This document shows positions 59,716 to 64,000 of a stretch of 64,000 bases of DNA, one piece after another; positions within the stretch are counted from its first letter, which is position 1; each line of letters begins with the position of its first letter. The notes beneath the pieces are model-generated. The model was not told where the DNA came from, made no database searches, and saw nothing but the letters and a program-made list of their open reading frames with translations. The position numbers were made by a program, and so were the translations under genes. Location: sequence record NC_008515.1; one strand, written 5' to 3'. Source of the stretch: Escherichia phage RB32.

Positions 59716-61172
59716 AGACCAGTTACCTCATGAAAATCACCAAATACATCTTCGAATGTATTAGCTTTAGTTTTATCTTCACGTAAACGAATCGCAATCG
59801 GAAGAAATAATTTAACGTAATCAGTGCGGCCATCAGATTTTAACCAACCGTTGCATTCGCACTCTAGAATTTTTCCAATATAATAATTTTGGTTTTCCAT
59901 GATGCGAGTACGGTCAAGTTCATGTGATTTTACACCGGCTTTATCTTTTAAGCCTGAACCAGCATTTACTTTAATTTTTCCACACTCTGATTCAAGAATA
60001 AATCCACCTGCTTTAGTAGGGTCTTTACGGTGAGGATAAATTCCTACAATTTTTAAATCAACATCAATTACTTCTTTAAATTTATAGAGATTTTTTGAAC
60101 GAGCATTTTCCCACAATCCATCGGTATTTTTGAGAATAATACCTTCAAGACCTTGGTCAATATACTTTTTGTAAATAACCTTAGCTTCATCTAGGTTATT
60201 TACTACCTGGTTTTCAATTAAAATTACTTTATCATAGCCTGATGTCATTTGTTCTAGTTTAGAAAAACGTACATCATATTTTAAACGAAATGCTGGAAGA
60301 CCGTATACTTCTACCAACGGTACATAATCCCAGACCTGAAACTTCATGCATTGAGCTTCTTTTTCTGAAATAGTTCCTTTTAAAGATTTATTAGCGATTC
60401 CATTAGAAGCAGTACGTGATTCAGCTACTTCTGTGAAGTCTTTAGCTTTGCTAATTTCAGGAGTGTCAAAAAGAAAATCTAGGCCTTCTGATTCCTTTTT
60501 AACTTGCTCATGGTATACCAATTCGCCATCAATTAACACACCTTCTGGATGAATCTGGCGGGCTTCAGCAGTCATTTTGATTAACTCTTCCTTAAGAAGA
60601 TCTAATCCTAGGTATTCATTACCAGCTCGTGATAAAAGACGAACATCATCTAATTCATCACCTCTGACTTCAGCAAAGCACCGAGCTCCATCAGCTTTTA
60701 ATTGGGCAAAGGCTGGAAATTTGATATTCTTATTAATGCCTTTTTCATCATAAGAACTTGCCAGCATTTGAGGTTGTTCAGGAATTAAACCTGGCCAAAC
60801 TTTGTTTGCAATAGATACTGATGCACCGCATTCAAGGTCTCGCATCATCACCCGACGCAAAACTTCAACATCATCTTTTTTACCGTCAGTAATATATCCA
60901 GTTAATTCCTCAATTGCCGCATTTCCAGTCAATTTCCGAGTAGCTAACGTGAATTCAATGAAGTCAAGCATATCGGTAAGAGTCAACATTCCAAAACTCT
61001 GGGTAGCAATACCAGGTTTAGGCCATTTCTTGATATAATACTGTAACCCACGAGAATAAGTCAGACGATATACTCGTTTAAGCAATTCATTATCTTTATT
61101 CTTTTCAAGAATTGCTTGCTTCTGCTTAGTTGAACCAATAGATGCTATTTCGTTCAGAATTTTAAGAATCAT
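59712..61172 (-). CDS. 30: ATP-dependent DNA ligase
   Basis: N-terminus MILKILNEIASIGSTKQKQAILEKNK as in T4 ligase; KxDG adenylation motif FAQLKADGARCF. Confidence 0.95.
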   Translation of the reverse strand: MILKILNEIASIGSTKQKQAILEKNKDNELLKRVYRLTYSRGLQYYIKKWPKPGIATQSFGMLTLTDMLDFIEFTLATRKLTGNAAIEELTGYITDGKKDDVEVLRRVMMRDLECGASVSIANKVWPGLIPEQPQMLASSYDEKGINKNIKFPAFAQLKADGARCFAEVRGDELDDVRLLSRAGNEYLGLDLLKEELIKMTAEARQIHPEGVLIDGELVYHEQVKKESEGLDFLFDTPEISKAKDFTEVAESRTASNGIANKSLKGTISEKEAQCMKFQVWDYVPLVEVYGLPAFRLKYDVRFSKLEQMTSGYDKVILIENQVVNNLDEAKVIYKKYIDQGLEGIILKNTDGLWENARSKNLYKFKEVIDVDLKIVGIYPHRKDPTKAGGFILESECGKIKVNAGSGLKDKAGVKSHELDRTRIMENQNYYIGKILECECNGWLKSDGRTDYVKLFLPIAIRLREDKTKANTFEDVFGDFHEVTGL

Positions 61173-61438
61173 TGTTCATCCTTTAGAGTTTGGTTTACAG
61201 CTCTATTATAAATCAATTCATCATTAAGCTCAGTCAAAGACCTGTGGTACGTGGTTCTAACTTTATTTCCTTGCATCCAGTGCTTGACGTAAATGAAACC
61301 TTGCTCTACACATTTTTTAAAAATTCGTTCGTCTTTTTGAGCTCGGAATTCTGGATTGCATCTAAAAAATTGATTTACGTGACCGTAATCACGTGTAGTA
61401 TTACCTTCATTTTCATAAATAGTGTGAACGACAAACAT
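61169..61438 (-). CDS. Small protein (T4 30.1 position)
   Basis: 89 aa ORF coupled to ligase. Confidence 0.6.
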   Translation of the reverse strand: MFVVHTIYENEGNTTRDYGHVNQFFRCNPEFRAQKDERIFKKCVEQGFIYVKHWMQGNKVRTTYHRSLTELNDELIYNRAVNQTLKDEQ

Positions 61439-62277
61439 TAGAATGCTCCTTGGAAAATATTATCACCACTAGTAGGTCTATTATACAAATACTCTATGCC
61501 ACCAGGTTTAATATAGTTCCATGTCTGAAACGGATGTGTCTGATATGGATGATATAGATGATTATAAGGATTAAATCCAGGAGTTCTCCAGGTAGTGTTC
61601 CAAGGAAAAGAATCGTTTTTAATCATCTTTTCAATTACATCTTTTATAGCTTTTTCACTATCAAAACTTTCTTTATTTTCCTTCGATGGAAAAAGCTTAT
61701 TCTCGACATCATTCCATGTATAAACTCGCTGAGCAGTTTTTGGAATACTGTCACGCTCCCCTCGAGCCATCCAATAAACAGGAACATTTAATATTTCACT
61801 CGCATGATCGCAGTGATGAGCGAGATCGTCAATATAACAAATTACGTTATATTTCTCTTTTGCCTTTTTGAACAACTCTTCTTTTGAAGAATCATGACCA
61901 CACATCATTACTTCTGAGAAGGCACCAGGAAAAAGAGCATTCAAATTAAATTGGCGATTCAACAGAGCGTCAATAGAATCACCTAATGCTGTAACAGCTA
62001 CAAAATTATAATCTTCTTTTAATTTGTTAATTACACACAGGGCATCTTTATACGGAGACAAGTAACGAATAAAATCTGAACGATTGTATTTTTCAATTAA
62101 CTTGACGCCAAGTTCTTCGTCACAATTAAAGAGTTTACCTGGAGAAATAAATTTCTCATCTTGGATCATTTTTAAAATATGTTCTAACGGAAGATTATAT
62201 TTCTGGGCAAAATAAGGAAGGCCTGATTGCCAGCTTAAACATACTCCATCAATATCAGTCAAAATAGTTGGCTTCAT
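61438..62277 (-). CDS. HAD-superfamily phosphatase-like protein (T4 30.2 position)
   Basis: N-terminal HAD motif I LTDIDGV; 279 aa. Confidence 0.7.
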   Translation of the reverse strand: MKPTILTDIDGVCLSWQSGLPYFAQKYNLPLEHILKMIQDEKFISPGKLFNCDEELGVKLIEKYNRSDFIRYLSPYKDALCVINKLKEDYNFVAVTALGDSIDALLNRQFNLNALFPGAFSEVMMCGHDSSKEELFKKAKEKYNVICYIDDLAHHCDHASEILNVPVYWMARGERDSIPKTAQRVYTWNDVENKLFPSKENKESFDSEKAIKDVIEKMIKNDSFPWNTTWRTPGFNPYNHLYHPYQTHPFQTWNYIKPGGIEYLYNRPTSGDNIFQGAF

Positions 62278-62738
62278 AGAGAGTCTCTTAATAGATTTAA
62301 CACATCAATAAATTCAGCTTCGGTTAGTATTGTATCATCTTTTGTTAGACCACTAGCCATGCTGTGCTTCAAAACTTTTCCTTTCGAGGCTTGTAATGCA
62401 TCACGAAAGCCCCTGTTTTGGATCGCTGCTTCAAAATATGCATTTGTGTATAATTCTTTCCACGCTGGAGAGTATCTTGAAAATGGAACTCCAAGCCAGA
62501 ACAACGTGCCACGGTCCTGAGCTCTAGCATAAGCTCGTCCAGCTTGTTGGGCGGCAAGCCCGGATAAACCAAATATACGACGTTGTTGTTCAACATTTTT
62601 CACTTTGCATCCTTGGAGGAATCCTTCAAGACCTCCGAATTGAATACCATCCATGACGAAAGGCCATTGGGCGAAATTGCTTAATGCACATGATGGCCAT
62701 CTAAAATTGCTTCTAATCTCTAACTCAGACATTTTCAA
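62274..62738 (-). CDS. NADAR/YbiA-like (DUF1768) protein (T4 30.3 position)
   Basis: 154 aa; WPSCALSNF...FEAAIQNRGFRDAL pattern resembles NADAR domains (by eye). Confidence 0.6.
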   Translation of the reverse strand: MKMSELEIRSNFRWPSCALSNFAQWPFVMDGIQFGGLEGFLQGCKVKNVEQQRRIFGLSGLAAQQAGRAYARAQDRGTLFWLGVPFSRYSPAWKELYTNAYFEAAIQNRGFRDALQASKGKVLKHSMASGLTKDDTILTEAEFIDVLNLLRDSL

Positions 62739-62931
62739 TACTTATAATTTCAACATCAGCCCAATGACCATAGCAAGGAAGACGAAATTCAACTGGCCAG
62801 TTAGGGTCCTTTTCTAATATAATAGACTTAACTTGTGGTTCTTCATGTTCATCGGTATATGGACCTTTATATGTTACTTTATATGTGACCTTAATGTACT
62901 GAATTCCAAAAATCTTATTAATTATATTCAT
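62725..62931 (-). CDS. Small hypothetical protein, 68 aa
   Basis: ORF track; coupled. Confidence 0.5.
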   Translation of the reverse strand: MNIINKIFGIQYIKVTYKVTYKGPYTDEHEEPQVKSIILEKDPNWPVEFRLPCYGHWADVEIISIENV

Positions 62932-63125
62932 ACTAATTCCTTTAATCCGTAAATAGGAGATAATTCATCACCCATACGAATGTCTTCATTTCCATCTACC
63001 CAGGAAACAATATAAGCCTCTTTTATTTGAACACCACACCATTTAAATGGAGGTAGAACCTTAGAAATTAATCCAGGTATACCAACTCCCTTTAATTCAA
63101 CAGTTTGACCTAAAAAGAATTTCAT
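62928..63125 (-). CDS. Small hypothetical protein, 65 aa
   Basis: ORF track; coupled. Confidence 0.5.
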   Translation of the reverse strand: MKFFLGQTVELKGVGIPGLISKVLPPFKWCGVQIKEAYIVSWVDGNEDIRMGDELSPIYGLKELV

Positions 63126-63463
63126 TAGAACCTCATTTGAAAACCGTGCGATTTAACATTACCGCCGCCAATATCAGAAATGTTAATTTCACGCGCAATT
63201 GAAGGGTCAATGTCAATTTCACGATTGAGTTTAGTGATAGCTAAAGTATCACGCCCATTTACTGTACGAAATTCTAAAGGACAAACCACATCAACGTAAT
63301 TTTTAATCGATTCACTGGTAGGTTGCAAATGTGCAGAAAGGTCTTTGGGCGCCTTTGAGAAAACAACTTCACAGAAATTTTTGCGGGTGTCAAAATAAGT
63401 AGTCATAAACATAATGTTTTCCTCAGTAAGGGGCCGAAGCCCCTGTTTTATTTTAAATATCAA
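63125..63463 (-). CDS. Hypothetical protein; true start probably the internal ATG (about 95 aa) downstream of a hairpin
   Basis: GGGGCCGAAGCCCC hairpin and GAGGA SD lie inside the first 17 codons of the ORF-track call, which begins at TTG. Confidence 0.55.
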   Translation of the reverse strand: MIFKIKQGLRPLTEENIMFMTTYFDTRKNFCEVVFSKAPKDLSAHLQPTSESIKNYVDVVCPLEFRTVNGRDTLAITKLNREIDIDPSIAREINISDIGGGNVKSHGFQMRF

Positions 63464-63818
63464 ATTCGTTAAGAACTACATCAAAGATTGCTTCAAGATG
63501 CTCAGGTTTAGCTCTGTTACTCAGAATATGACGAATCCAAGTTTTAACCAAAAGCTTGCGATTAGCACCATTCCAGCAAGGATGAGTCCCTAAATCGCGT
63601 TGACGAAAATCATCATCCAAAGCAATTTTGAAGTTGGAACCTTCCATAGTGATGGAAACTGTAATACCATTTTCAAATCGCATATAAACGTAGTTAGGAG
63701 TCATATACTGTTCAATTTCGCATACTGATCCATTTTGATGTTTCCAAAGGCAGATGGTATCAATAGAACCTGCAATACCATTAGAAACATATTTACGTTC
63801 AAAGTTGATGTAGTTCAT
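63453..63818 (-). CDS. Hypothetical protein, 121 aa
   Basis: ORF track. Confidence 0.55.
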   Translation of the reverse strand: MNYINFERKYVSNGIAGSIDTICLWKHQNGSVCEIEQYMTPNYVYMRFENGITVSITMEGSNFKIALDDDFRQRDLGTHPCWNGANRKLLVKTWIRHILSNRAKPEHLEAIFDVVLNEFDI

Positions 63819-63887
63819 TTTTATTCTCCGAGATGTTTAATTGCAGTACAGGTATATAATATCATATCCTGTACCAAAGTAAACAAT

Positions 63888-64000
63888 TATTTTACTATTT
63901 TCCAATGCTGCATGTCAAGTTTACCAACTTTTTTCATCTTCTCAATCAAACGTTCGGCACGTTGGCGAGCTGTAACATAATGCCATTCGCCTAATTCATT
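63888..64000 (-). CDS. Partial ORF (C-terminal end) running off the window
   Basis: Open minus-strand frame ...ELGEWHYVTARQRAERLIEKMKKVGKLDMQHWKIVK ending about 63888. Confidence 0.3.

Overview
This window is a T4-like (Tequatrovirus-type) myovirus genome segment; gene order, protein lengths and many sequences match the phage T4 map as I recall it, but a few substitutions (for example in DNA ligase) and different homing-endonuclease content suggest a close relative rather than T4 itself. Bases 1-11500 are a minus-strand accessory region: hypothetical ORFs, a tRNA cluster (7 tRNAs + segB + tRNA-Arg + a stable-RNA region), a four-gene operon of unknown function, three tandem internal-protein-like genes with repeated early-promoter modules, then 57B/57A/1/3/2/4 with an HNH endonuclease gene between genes 2 and 3. 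Bases 11500-41400 are the plus-strand late morphogenesis module (53, 5, 5.1, 5.4, 6-12, wac, 13-24) with TATAAATA late promoters and GC-hairpin terminators. Bases 41400-64000 hold rnlB, hoc, inh, uvsW, uvsY, baseplate/tape-measure genes 25-26-51-27-28-29-48-54, two tandem Alt-family ADP-ribosyltransferase genes, DNA ligase (30) and downstream small ORFs including HAD- and NADAR-like proteins. The most promising candidate for an undescribed function is the hyperplastic locus at 4900-7400: capsid-targeted injected proteins plus an uncharacterised operon, sitting next to a 57B protein with 2H-phosphoesterase motifs. All functional calls are from reading the sequence and recalled family knowledge; no searches were run. 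Coordinates of short motifs are approximate to a few bases.
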